64,000 nucleotides of DNA from an uncultured Actinomycetes bacterium (GTDB lineage Bacteria; Actinomycetota; Thermoleophilia; Solirubrobacterales; 70-9), in NCBI GenBank assembly GCA_963739355.1, contig CAVUAD010000001.1, forward strand, positions 303,776 to 367,775. Direction: 5' to 3'. Of this stretch, positions 37,808-46,652 are shown piece by piece. Position numbers and translations under genes: made by a program. The notes beneath the pieces are model-generated. The model was not told where the DNA came from, did no database searches, and worked only from the letters and a program-made list of their open reading frames with translations. How positions within the stretch are numbered: the first letter of the stretch is position 1; each line of letters starts with the position of its first letter.

Positions 37808-39105
37808 CATCGGTCGATCCCTCCCAGGATCGGGTCGAGCATCGCGAGGCTCTGGATCAGGTCCGCCACGTAGTGGCCCACGCACATGTCCTTGAGGGCC
37901 TGCAGGTTGACGAACGAGGGATCGCGCAGGTGGACGCGCGCCGGCTTGGCGGAGCCGTCGGCCAGGATGTAACAGCCGAGCTCGCCGCGCGGCGACTCGA
38001 TCGCGTTGTAGGACTCGCCCGGCGGCACGCGGAAGCCCTCGGTGACCAGCTTGAAGTGGTGGATGAGCGCCTCCATCGAGGTCGCGAGCTCGTGTCGCGG
38101 CGGCAGCACGATCTTCCGATCGTCGGCGATGTGCGGGCCCTCCGGCAGGCCGTCGAGCGCCTGCAGCACGATCTTCACGGACTCGCGCATCTCCTGGACC
38201 CGGCAGCGGAAGCGGTCCCAACCGTCGCCGATCGTCCCGATCGGGATGTTGAAGTCGAGGTCGCCGTAGCAGAGGTAGGGCGCGACCTTGCGGAGGTCCC
38301 ACGGCTCGCCGGCGGCGCGCAGGAGCGGGCCGGTCACGCCGAGCTCGAGCAGGCGCTCGCGCGAGACCGCGCCGACGTTCTTGGTGCGCTGCAGGAAGAT
38401 CTCGTTGTTCGTCAGCAGCGCCTCGTACTGGTCGACGCGGCTGGGGAACTCCTCGCAGAACGCCCGCACCCGCTTCTCGAAGCCCACCGGGATGTCCTCG
38501 GCCACGCCGCCGACCTGGAAGTAGCGCGTGTGCATTCGCTGCCCGGAGGACATCTCGAACAGGTCGAGGATGCGGTCGCGGTCGCGGAAGCAGTAGAAGA
38601 ACATCGACATCGCGCCGAGGTCGAGGGCGGAGGTGCCGAGCCAGACCAGGTGGGAGTGGATGCGGTTCAGCTCGAGATGGATGACCCGCAGGTACTCCGC
38701 GCGCTCGGGGATCTCGAGCTCGAGGAGCTTCTCGACGCAGCCGACGAACGCCTGCATGTTGAAGAAGTAGGAGATGTAGTCCGTGCGCTCGACGAACGGG
38801 ATCGCCTTCCAGTAGCTCTTGTCCTCGCACGACTTCTCGATGCCGGTGTGGACGTAGCCCATGACCGGCTTGAGGTCGCGCACGACCTCGCCCTCGAGGC
38901 TGACCAGGAGGCGCAGCACCCCGTGCGTCGCCGGGTGGTGCGGCCCCATGTTGACCGTGAGGAGCTCCTCGGTGCCCTCCATCGCATCGGCGGCCGCCGA
39001 GGCCTCCACCGGGGAGCCGCCGATGACGTCGGCGTAGCTGCCCGCGGTGACGTCGCGCCCGCCGGCGGGCGAGTGCCAGCGCTCGGTCGCGCTCATTGCG
39101 TCCAC
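37807..39105 (-). CDS. nuoD: NADH-quinone oxidoreductase subunit D
   Basis: NMGPHHPATHGVLRL... through to the C-terminal DPILGGIDR. About 40 aa of N-terminal extension. Confidence 0.95.
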   Translation of the reverse strand: MDAMSATERWHSPAGGRDVTAGSYADVIGGSPVEASAAADAMEGTEELLTVNMGPHHPATHGVLRLLVSLEGEVVRDLKPVMGYVHTGIEKSCEDKSYWKAIPFVERTDYISYFFNMQAFVGCVEKLLELEIPERAEYLRVIHLELNRIHSHLVWLGTSALDLGAMSMFFYCFRDRDRILDLFEMSSGQRMHTRYFQVGGVAEDIPVGFEKRVRAFCEEFPSRVDQYEALLTNNEIFLQRTKNVGAVSRERLLELGVTGPLLRAAGEPWDLRKVAPYLCYGDLDFNIPIGTIGDGWDRFRCRVQEMRESVKIVLQALDGLPEGPHIADDRKIVLPPRHELATSMEALIHHFKLVTEGFRVPPGESYNAIESPRGELGCYILADGSAKPARVHLRDPSFVNLQALKDMCVGHYVADLIQSLAMLDPILGGIDR

Positions 39106-39632
39106 CTCGGGACCTCGAGCTCGGTGTTCGTGAAGATCACCGGCTCGCCGCCGATCGGGAAGTCGCGACGCTGCGGCCAGCCCACGTAGGTCTCCGGCAT
39201 CAGGATGCGCCGCAGGTCGGGGTGGCCGCGGAAGACGATCCCGAAGAAGTCGTAGACCTCGCGCTCCTGGAACTCGGCGGTCGGGAACATGTCCACGACG
39301 GAGTCCAATTCAGGGAGCCGCTCGCCTCCGGGGTCGGCGAGCGCGGCGCGGACCCTGATCCGCTCGACGCGCTCCATCGAGAGCAGCTCGTAATGGACGC
39401 CGAAGCGGGGCTCCGCGGGCAGGTAGTCGGCGCCGTGGACGCTCGCGAGAAATCGGTACTCCTGGCCCGGCGTCTCGCGCAGCCAGGTCAGGACGTCGCG
39501 GTTGTGCTCCGGGTCGATGACCAGGCAGGCGTCGCCGTGCTCGTGGTAGGTGGAGAGGACCGAGCCGGGGTGGGCCTCCTCCAGCTCCCCGGCGATCAGC
39601 TCGAGCCCGGGGGCGTCAGGCACTCTCTTCAC
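39093..39632 (-). CDS. nuoC: NADH-quinone oxidoreductase subunit C
   Basis: NuoC 30-kDa-subunit pattern ([29 protein letters not shown]). Confidence 0.9.
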   Translation of the reverse strand: MKRVPDAPGLELIAGELEEAHPGSVLSTYHEHGDACLVIDPEHNRDVLTWLRETPGQEYRFLASVHGADYLPAEPRFGVHYELLSMERVERIRVRAALADPGGERLPELDSVVDMFPTAEFQEREVYDFFGIVFRGHPDLRRILMPETYVGWPQRRDFPIGGEPVIFTNTELEVPRWTQ

Positions 39633-40338
39633 CGTTGGTGGTGAGGCCGAGCGTCGCGCGAGCCGCGGCGTAGGCGGCGAGCTCCTTCTCGCTCGGCTCG
39701 CCGGCGACGTGCGCCCACTCCTCGGTGCCGTCCGCGTTGTAGCGGCGCCGCCAGCCCGGGTCCGGGTTGCCCTGGACCTTGCGCTGGAGCTTCGCGAAGC
39801 CGTACATGAGCGCCTCGGGGCGCGGCGGGCAGCCGGGGACGTGGATGTCGACCGGCATGAACTTGTCGGCTCCCTGCACCACGGCGTAGTTGGCGAACAT
39901 CCCGCCTGACGACGAGCAGGCGCCCATCGAGATCGCCCACTTCGGCTCCAGCATCTGGTCGTAGATGCGGCGGACGACGGGCGCCATCTTGATCGAGACG
40001 CGGCCCGAGAGGATGAGGAGGTCCGCCTGGCGCGGGGAGGCGCGCAGGTTCTCGGCGCCGAAGCGGGCGACGTCGTAGCGCGGGCTGACGATCGACATCA
40101 TCTCGATCGCGCAGCAGGCGAGGCCGAACGTCGCCGGCCACATCGAGTTGGTCCGGCCCCAGGCGAGGAGCTTGTCCATCGTCGTCGCCAGCACCGAGTC
40201 CTCGACGTGCTTGTCGAGGTCCGGCCCCTCCAGGTCGCCCCGGAGCAGGTCGCGGGCGCGAAGCTGGCGGACGCGAAGCTCGTCGGGCGAGCGCGGCTGG
40301 TCGAGCGGCGCCAGTGCCCGGATGCGCTCGCGCCTCAC
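39616..40338 (-). CDS. nuoB: NADH-quinone oxidoreductase subunit B (with N- and C-terminal extensions)
   Basis: GLACCAIEM...CPPRPE motifs for cluster N2. The GTG overlaps the nuoA TGA. Confidence 0.9.
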   Translation of the reverse strand: MRRERIRALAPLDQPRSPDELRVRQLRARDLLRGDLEGPDLDKHVEDSVLATTMDKLLAWGRTNSMWPATFGLACCAIEMMSIVSPRYDVARFGAENLRASPRQADLLILSGRVSIKMAPVVRRIYDQMLEPKWAISMGACSSSGGMFANYAVVQGADKFMPVDIHVPGCPPRPEALMYGFAKLQRKVQGNPDPGWRRRYNADGTEEWAHVAGEPSEKELAAYAAARATLGLTTNGEESA

Positions 40339-40694
40339 TTCCAATTGAGGGCTCCCCTTCGCCACACGTAGACGAGGCCGGCCAGGAGCAGCGTCACGAA
40401 CAGGCCCACCTCCGCGAGGACGAAGACCGAGTGGGCTCCCTTCAGGATGACTCCCACCGGGTAGAGGAAGACCACCTCGATGTCGAAGAGGATGAAGAGC
40501 ATCGCGACCATGTAGAAGCTGACGCCGAAGCGGAAGGTCTTCGACACCTCGCTCGGCAGCCCGCACTCGTACGGCTCGGACTTCACCTTGCTCGGTCGCT
40601 TCGGGCCGATGAGCCCGTTGACCAGAATCAGTAGCCCGCCGAGGCCGAGCCCGAGGGCGGCGAAGACGAGGACTGGGAGGTAGGCCTTCAGCAT
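40335..40694 (-). CDS. nuoA: NADH-quinone oxidoreductase subunit A
   Basis: 119 aa with three TM helices and PYECG / [13 protein letters not shown] motifs. Confidence 0.9.
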   Translation of the reverse strand: MLKAYLPVLVFAALGLGLGGLLILVNGLIGPKRPSKVKSEPYECGLPSEVSKTFRFGVSFYMVAMLFILFDIEVVFLYPVGVILKGAHSVFVLAEVGLFVTLLLAGLVYVWRRGALNWK

Positions 40695-40859
40695 GCGCGG
40701 CTCAGACCGTTATACAACCACTTTGTAGCGTCCTGACACATAGTGATTTTCCGCATCAGACCTAGAAATGCGGACCGCCTGACGGCGGTCCTTACACGCT
40801 GCTTTCGGGGCTAAAGCCCCTCACCCGAATCCATTTAAACCCGACCCCTCTAGGCGGCT

Positions 40860-41291
40860 TTGCTCGACGTCCACATCGCCAACGGCTTCCTGCTCCTCGC
40901 GACCAACGCTCTCGCGGGGGTCTGGGGCGGGATAGCGTGGCTTCGCAGGGAGCCGAGCGTGCCCTTCTGGTACGCGCTGCGGGCGGCTCAGGTCTTCGTC
41001 GTGATCCAGGTCGCGCTCGGCTCGATCCTCCTGCTGAGCGGCCGCAACGCCCCCAGCGGGCTCCACTACCTCTACGGGGTGCTGCCCCTCCTGGTCTCGC
41101 TCTCGGCCGAGGCGCTCCGCGCCGGAGTGTCCGAGCGTGAGCTGGAGGGCCTCGACTTCGAATCGCTCCCGCGCGAGCGCCGCCGCGCGATCGCCCTCGA
41201 GATCACGCGCCGCGAGATGGGGATCATGGCCGTGTCCGCGCTGGTTGTCCTGGCCCTGGCGCTCCGGGCGATCGGGACCAGCGGATACTGA
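40860..41291 (+). CDS. Hypothetical four-helix membrane protein
   Basis: TTG start. Hydrophobic helices and high G/C third positions. Confidence 0.55.
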   Translation: MLDVHIANGFLLLATNALAGVWGGIAWLRREPSVPFWYALRAAQVFVVIQVALGSILLLSGRNAPSGLHYLYGVLPLLVSLSAEALRAGVSERELEGLDFESLPRERRRAIALEITRREMGIMAVSALVVLALALRAIGTSGY

Positions 41292-41335
41292 GCGACATGG
41301 GCGACGCACGCCGCCGCTTCGGCCGAGCAGGCTCC

Positions 41336-41824
41336 CTACGCCTGATCGAGCTGGCGGTAGCTCCCGCCGTGGAAGACCAGCGCCTCGGCGCCCGATTCCT
41401 CCATGGCGTTGACCGCGCCGACCAGGATCACGTGGTCGCCGCCGTCGAGCTCCTCGCGAAGCTCGCACGACATCGCGAGGACGGCGCCCTGGATGGCCGG
41501 CGCGCCGTCGAGATCGCTCCAGGGGACCCCCGTCCACTTGACGGGGTGGGGGTCCTTGGTGGCGAAGCGCTCGGCGAGCTCGCTCTGGCCGGCGGCGAGG
41601 ACGTTCACACCGAAGCGGGCGGCGCCGCGGATCTCCCCCAGGGTCCGCGAGCGGCGGTGGAGGGCAACGAGCATCAGCGGGGGATCCGCGGACAGCGAAA
41701 CCACCGCGTTGGCGGTCGCGCCGAGCGGCCCATTGGCCCCGGGAGCGGTGACGACGGTCACCGCCGTGGGCACCCGGCCCATCGCTGCGCGGAAGGCTGT
41801 GGAGTCCGGCGGGGGCATCGTCAT
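41336..41824 (-). CDS. Flavin reductase-family protein (FMN-binding split barrel)
   Basis: FRAAMGRVPTAVTVVTA...GATANAVVSLSADPPLMLVAL is the typical family pattern. Confidence 0.8.
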   Translation of the reverse strand: MTMPPPDSTAFRAAMGRVPTAVTVVTAPGANGPLGATANAVVSLSADPPLMLVALHRRSRTLGEIRGAARFGVNVLAAGQSELAERFATKDPHPVKWTGVPWSDLDGAPAIQGAVLAMSCELREELDGGDHVILVGAVNAMEESGAEALVFHGGSYRQLDQA

Positions 41825-41850
41825 CGGGGCAAAAGTATGATGCCGCCCGC

Positions 41851-42243
41851 GTGCGCCCGTTTCTGACGCTCATAGCCGCCGTTGCCGCAGGGCTGCTCCT
41901 CGCCGCGTGCGGGAGCCAGAAGATCGAGCTGTCGAGCTCCGATCCCGACTACAAGGGTGCGGAGCTCTTCTCGCAGCGCTGCGGCGGCTGCCACACGCTC
42001 ACCCCGGCCGGCACGCAGGGCTCGGACGCGCGCGGGGTTCGCGCCGAGGGGCCGAACCTCGACGCGCGCGCGGAGTCGAAGCGGGACGTCCTCTTCGCGC
42101 TTCGCAACGGCGGCTACTCGGGCTCGATCATGCCCCAGAACATCGTCACCGGGGCCGACGCGAAGAAGGTGGCCGACTTCGTCTCGAAGTACGCGGGGAC
42201 GGAGGAAGTCTCGAGCCCGCGGCCGGGCGAGAGCTCGCCGTAA
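41851..42243 (+). CDS. Class I c-type cytochrome lipoprotein
   Basis: Lipobox LLLAAC. Heme site CGGCH with a distal Met (GSIMPQN). Confidence 0.8.
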   Translation: MRPFLTLIAAVAAGLLLAACGSQKIELSSSDPDYKGAELFSQRCGGCHTLTPAGTQGSDARGVRAEGPNLDARAESKRDVLFALRNGGYSGSIMPQNIVTGADAKKVADFVSKYAGTEEVSSPRPGESSP

Positions 42244-42268
42244 CCGGCGAGGCCGGGAGCCAGCCTCG

Positions 42269-43540
42269 CTTGACCTGAGGCGCATCCGCGAGGATCCCGC
42301 CGAGGCCCGGGCGGCCCTGGCGCGCCGCGGCGCCGCCGAGGCGCTCGACCGAGCGCTGGAGCTGGACGCGCGGCGCCGCGAGCTCCTGCCCGAGGTGGAG
42401 GAGCGCCGGGCGCGGCAGAACAAGGCATCCGAGGCGATCGCTGAGGCCAAGCGCGCCGGCGCCGACGCGGAGGCGGCAATCGCCGAGATGAAGGGCGTCG
42501 CGGGGGAGGTCAAGACGCTGCAGGCCGAGCTCAGCCAGGTCGAGGAGCAGCTCGCGGAGGCGTCGGCGGCGCTTCCGAACCTCCCGCAGGCCGGTGCGCC
42601 GGACGGCGACGCGGAGGAGGATGCCGTGACCCTGCGCGAGGTGGGGGAGCGGCCCGCCTTCGGCTTCGAGGTCCGCGACCACCTCGATCTCGGAACGGCG
42701 CAGGGCTGGATCGACATGGAGCGCGCCGCGGCGGCGTCAGGCGCGCGCTTCGCATACCTGCTCGGCGACCTTGTGATGGTCGAGCTGGCGCTCGTTCGCC
42801 TCGCCGTCGACCGGCTTGGCGCCGCGGGGTTCAAGCCGGTGGTTCCGCCCGTGCTCGTCCGTGACGCCGCGCTCTACGGCACCGGCTACTTCCCCGGAGA
42901 GCGGGAGCAGATCTACGAGGTCGAGCGCGACGAGCTCTTTCTCGTCGGCACCTCCGAGGTCCCGCTTGCCTCGCTTCACGCCGGCGACCTCCTCGACGCC
43001 GGCGACCTGCCGATCCGATACGCGGGCATCTCGCCCTGCTTCCGCCGCGAGGCGGGGGCCGCCGGCAAGGACACGCGCGGGATCTTCCGGGTGCACCAGT
43101 TCGAGAAGGTCGAGATGTTCTCGTTCGTCGACCCCGCGGAATCCGACGCCGAGCACCAGCGCCTGCTCGCCGTGGAGGAGGGCCTCCTCACGGAGCTGGA
43201 GATCCCCTACCGGGTGGTGGACATCGCCGTCGGCGATCTCGGCGCCCCCGCCGCGCGCAAGTTCGACTGCGAGGCGTGGATCCCCAGCCAGGAGCGCTAC
43301 CGGGAGTTGACCTCCTGCTCGAACACCACCGACTTCCAGGCCCGCCGCCTCGAATGCCGCTTCCGGCCTGCGGAGGGCGCCCCCCCGGAGCCGGTGCACA
43401 CCCTGAACGGCACCGCGGCCGCCGTGGGCCGCACGCTCATCGCCCTGATCGAGAACGGCCAGCAGGCCGACGGCTCGGTGCGGCTGCCCGCGGCGCTGGT
43501 GGAGGCCGGCGCGCCTGCGGTTATCGGCGAGCCGGCCTGA
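42269..43540 (+). CDS. serS: Seryl-tRNA synthetase (start codon unresolved)
   Basis: LDLRRIREDPAEARAAL..., an N-terminal coiled coil and class II motifs (FRVHQFEKVEMF, GTAAAVGRTLIALIENGQ). There is no in-frame ATG/GTG/TTG near the conserved N-terminus. Confidence 0.85.
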   Translation, partial: LDLRRIREDPAEARAALARRGAAEALDRALELDARRRELLPEVEERRARQNKASEAIAEAKRAGADAEAAIAEMKGVAGEVKTLQAELSQVEEQLAEASAALPNLPQAGAPDGDAEEDAVTLREVGERPAFGFEVRDHLDLGTAQGWIDMERAAAASGARFAYLLGDLVMVELALVRLAVDRLGAAGFKPVVPPVLVRDAALYGTGYFPGEREQIYEVERDELFLVGTSEVPLASLHAGDLLDAGDLPIRYAGISPCFRREAGAAGKDTRGIFRVHQFEKVEMFSFVDPAESDAEHQRLLAVEEGLLTELEIPYRVVDIAVGDLGAPAARKFDCEAWIPSQERYRELTSCSNTTDFQARRLECRFRPAEGAPPEPVHTLNGTAAAVGRTLIALIENGQQADGSVRLPAALVEAGAPAVIGEPA

Positions 43541-43546
43541 CGGCGG

Positions 43547-43951
43547 CTACTCCGCGGTCTCCTTCGGGTCCAGCTCCAGCGAGCACGAGTTGATGCAGTA
43601 GCGCAGGCCCGTGGGGTTCGGGCCGTCCTCGAACACGTGGCCCAGGTGGCCGCCGCAGTTCGAGCAGTGCACCTCGGTGCGCTTCATGAACATGCTGCGG
43701 TCGGTCTCGGTCTGGACCTTCTCGCCCTCCATGGGCTCGTAGAAGCTCGGCCAGCCGGTGCCGGAGTCGAACTTGGTGTCGGAGCTGAAGAGCTCGGCGC
43801 CGCAGCCGGCGCAGCGGTAGACGCCCTCGTCCTTCGTGTCCCAGTAGGCGCCGGTGAACGCGCGCTCGGTCCCCTGCCTTCGCAGCACCTCGTACTGCTC
43901 CGGGGTGAGCTCGGTGCGCCACTCCGCGTCTGACTTCTGAACCTTCTCCAT
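43547..43951 (-). CDS. msrB: Peptide-methionine (R)-S-oxide reductase
   Basis: CAGCGAELF...GWPSF...[21 protein letters not shown]. Confidence 0.95.
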   Translation of the reverse strand: MEKVQKSDAEWRTELTPEQYEVLRRQGTERAFTGAYWDTKDEGVYRCAGCGAELFSSDTKFDSGTGWPSFYEPMEGEKVQTETDRSMFMKRTEVHCSNCGGHLGHVFEDGPNPTGLRYCINSCSLELDPKETAE

Positions 43952-44091
43952 CTCAAGCCTTTCTTCGAATCTCTGCCTGTTCAGTCGCCCGAGGTCAGGC
44001 GTCGTTACGCCTCAACGCTCCCCGAGTGGACGGATTCGCCACCAATATTGGCGTTTTCGGCCACTCGCGGGGCCTCGGCGCAGAACCTAGG

Positions 44092-44928
44092 ATGCGCGGC
44101 GTGAGCGCCGCCTTCTACGAGCCGGACGGCGACGTCTACGTCGCCAGCGAGCTGACGCGCGGGCCGTGGGACGCCGGCTCCCAGCACGCGGGCCCGCCCA
44201 CGGCGCTCATCGCCCGTGAGATCGAGCGGCTGCCGGCCGGCGACGGGCAGCGCCAGGTGGGGCGCGTGACCTGCGAGATCCTGAGGCCGATCCCGATCGC
44301 CCCGCTGCGGGTGGAGGCCCGCGTCGTGCGGCCGGGGCGAAGCGTGGAGCTGGTCGAGGCGACCCTCGCGGACGAGCGCGGCCCGGTCGTCGAGGCGCGG
44401 GCCTGGCGCCTGCGTGCCTCGGCCACCGACATCCCGGCGGGGCTCGGCAGCGCCGGCGACCCGCTTCCGGAGCCCTCGCCGTGGCTGCTCGCTCCCGGAA
44501 GCGGTCCACCCGGGCCCGAGGCGGGGGGCGACGCCGAGTTCTTCCCCACCGGAGAGGACGTCGGGATGCAGACGGCGATGGACTACCGGTTCGTCCGGGG
44601 CGGGTATCTCGAGCCGGGGCCGGCGACGATGTGGACGCGGATGCGCCAGCCCCTCGTCGCCGGCGAGGAGCCGACGCCGCTTCAGCGCGTCGCCGTCGCC
44701 GCCGACTTCGGCAACGGCATCAGCGCCACGCTCGACTACGAGCGGTACCTGTTCATCAACGTCGACCTCACCATCCACCTCGTACGGCCGCTGGAGGGGG
44801 AGTGGGTGGGCGTCGACTCGGTGACCATTCCCGAGCGTCATGGGACCGGGCTGACGGACACGGCCCTCTTCGACGAGCGCGGGCCCGTCGCCCGCGCGGC
44901 GCAGACCCTCCTCGTCGCGGAGCGCTGA
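44092..44928 (+). CDS. Thioesterase-like (hotdog-fold, acyl-CoA thioesterase family) protein
   Basis: FYEPDGDVYVASELTRGPWDAGSQHAGPPTALIAREIE is typical of the family. ATG 44092 is preferred over GTG 44026 because the first 22 codons of the longer form have poor G/C third positions. Confidence 0.65.
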   Translation: MRGVSAAFYEPDGDVYVASELTRGPWDAGSQHAGPPTALIAREIERLPAGDGQRQVGRVTCEILRPIPIAPLRVEARVVRPGRSVELVEATLADERGPVVEARAWRLRASATDIPAGLGSAGDPLPEPSPWLLAPGSGPPGPEAGGDAEFFPTGEDVGMQTAMDYRFVRGGYLEPGPATMWTRMRQPLVAGEEPTPLQRVAVAADFGNGISATLDYERYLFINVDLTIHLVRPLEGEWVGVDSVTIPERHGTGLTDTALFDERGPVARAAQTLLVAER

Positions 44929-44946
44929 AACCCTCAACCAACCCTC

Positions 44947-44977
44947 AAGGGGGTCTGACCCTCTTTAGGTTTGGAGG
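44947..44977 (+). promoter_or_regulatory. Conserved 31-nt motif, copy 1: AAGGGGGTCTGACCCTCTTTAGGTTTGGAGG
   Basis: 29/31 identical to 61261-61291 on the same strand. It ends in GGAGG, 10 nt before the ctaA TTG. Confidence 0.6.
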
Positions 44978-44987
44978 GCGCGCCGTT

Positions 44988-45959
44988 TTGCCAACCTATC
45001 CGCAGCGAACTTCCGTGCTCCGTCGCCTACGCACATTCACGCTCTCTCCGGAGCGCTACTTCGTCGTCGCCGCGATCGCGCTCTTCGCCCTCGCGCTGAT
45101 CGTGATCACCGGCGCCGCCGTGCGCCTGACCGGCTCCGGGCTCGGCTGCCCGGACTGGCCGAAGTGCTACGGCGGCACCGTCCCGCCGCTCGATTCGCAC
45201 GCCGTCATCGAGTACGCCAATCGCATCTTCACGGCCTTCGTCGGGATCGCCGTGATCGCGGCCAGCGTCCTGGCCTGGCGCCGCCGGCCCTTCCGGTGGC
45301 ACCTCGCGCTGTTCGGCGCCCTGCTGCCGGTTGGGGTCATCTGCCAGGCCATCCTCGGCGGCCTGGTCGTCCGCTACCACCTGGCGCCGGGCCTCGTGAT
45401 GAGCCACTTCATCCTCTCGATGCTGCTGCTCGACGCCTCCTTCGCGCTGATGTGGTGCTCGCGCTACGAGCCCGGTGAGCGCCGCCGCTCGAACGACAGG
45501 GTCGGCGTCTGGTCGGTGCGGGCGCTGGTGCCGCTCGGTCAGCTCACGATCGTGCTCGGCACCATCACCACCGCCTCGGGGCCGCACGCCGGCGCCCACG
45601 CCGGGCAGCTCGTCAACCGCTTCGACTTCCGGGGCGCGGACACCTTGCGCTGGGTGGTGGAGCGCCATGCCGCGATCGCCGCGATCTTCGGGGCCGCGGC
45701 CGTGGGGGTTTGGTTCCTCCTGCGCCGCGAGGGCGGTGAGCGGCGCGCCATGCGCCCGCTCGCCTACGTGGTCGGCCTGCTTGCCCTCCAGGGCATGGTG
45801 GGAGGCATCCAGTGGTGGCTGAAGCTCCCGAGCGAGCTGGTCTGGGTGCACGTGACGCTGGCGACGGTCACCTGGCTGACCGTGCTGTGGACGGTCGCCG
45901 CGGCGGGCCGCCTGGAGCCGGCGCGCGAGCCCGCCTCGCTGCGGACCGCCCCCGTCTAG
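44988..45959 (+). CDS. ctaA: Heme A synthase (COX15/CtaA)
   Basis: RLTGSGLGCPDWPKCYG, conserved His residues in TM helices and 8 TM segments. TTG 44988 is chosen for its SD spacing; GTG 45015 is an alternative. Confidence 0.8.
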   Translation: MPTYPQRTSVLRRLRTFTLSPERYFVVAAIALFALALIVITGAAVRLTGSGLGCPDWPKCYGGTVPPLDSHAVIEYANRIFTAFVGIAVIAASVLAWRRRPFRWHLALFGALLPVGVICQAILGGLVVRYHLAPGLVMSHFILSMLLLDASFALMWCSRYEPGERRRSNDRVGVWSVRALVPLGQLTIVLGTITTASGPHAGAHAGQLVNRFDFRGADTLRWVVERHAAIAAIFGAAAVGVWFLLRREGGERRAMRPLAYVVGLLALQGMVGGIQWWLKLPSELVWVHVTLATVTWLTVLWTVAAAGRLEPAREPASLRTAPV

Positions 45960-46459
45960 CGGGAGGCCCTCGACTCCGCGAAGGCCTCCTTCACGGCCTC
46001 GAGGCGCAGCGGCTCGAGCTCCTGGCGCTGGGCGTCGGCGCGCTCGGCGAGCGCGGCGAAGTTCGCTCCGGCGAACATCGGCCCCAGCGTCTCGTCGAGC
46101 GCTTGCCAGAGGCCCATCTTTCCCGTGATCCCGAGCGCGAGCCCCTCGAGCTCGATCAGGCGGCTGAGCGGCGAGTAGGAGAAGAGCCTGCCGTTCGGCT
46201 TCAGGCGCCCGAGCTTCTCGGCCGCCCAGGCGCCGGCGTTCTTCACGGGGTCGGGCGAGACGCCGTACTCCTTCATCACCCCTTCCAGGGTGTCACGGTC
46301 CTCGCCGATCTCCGTGGCGATGCGTCGCAGGGTCTCGCCGGTTGGCGTGCCCTCGTTGCTGGCCGCGGCGCGCCTGGCGAGATCGAAGCCGGCGGTCGCG
46401 CCGGCGTAGTGGTCCTGCATGTAGGTCTTCAGGAGATCGGACGACAACACCTGGATCAC
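45956..46459 (-). CDS. Hypothetical protein
   Basis: 167-aa ORF of normal composition. The stop overlaps the ctaA stop region (convergent genes). Confidence 0.55.
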   Translation of the reverse strand: MIQVLSSDLLKTYMQDHYAGATAGFDLARRAAASNEGTPTGETLRRIATEIGEDRDTLEGVMKEYGVSPDPVKNAGAWAAEKLGRLKPNGRLFSYSPLSRLIELEGLALGITGKMGLWQALDETLGPMFAGANFAALAERADAQRQELEPLRLEAVKEAFAESRASR

Positions 46460-46487
46460 TTACCCGGTTGGCTGGACGGCAAGCCGC

Positions 46488-46652
46488 TCAGGACTCGCTC
46501 GAGCCGCCCTTCTCGCGCTCCTGCTGGATGTCGCCGTCCTTGCGCGCGGCCCGTACCAGGAGGTAGGCGAAGGCGATCATCGGCCCGAAGACGATGATTG
46601 CCGCGAGGATCTTGAACGGCAGGGCAACCGCGAGGACCAGCAGGGCGATCAC
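46488..46652 (-). CDS. Small membrane protein (54 aa) translationally coupled to the upstream MFS gene
   Basis: GTG at 46652 overlaps the MFS TGA (GTGA). The product is VIALLVLAVALPFKILAAIIVFGPMIAFAYLLV + a charged tail. Confidence 0.4.
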   Translation of the reverse strand: MIALLVLAVALPFKILAAIIVFGPMIAFAYLLVRAARKDGDIQQEREKGGSSES

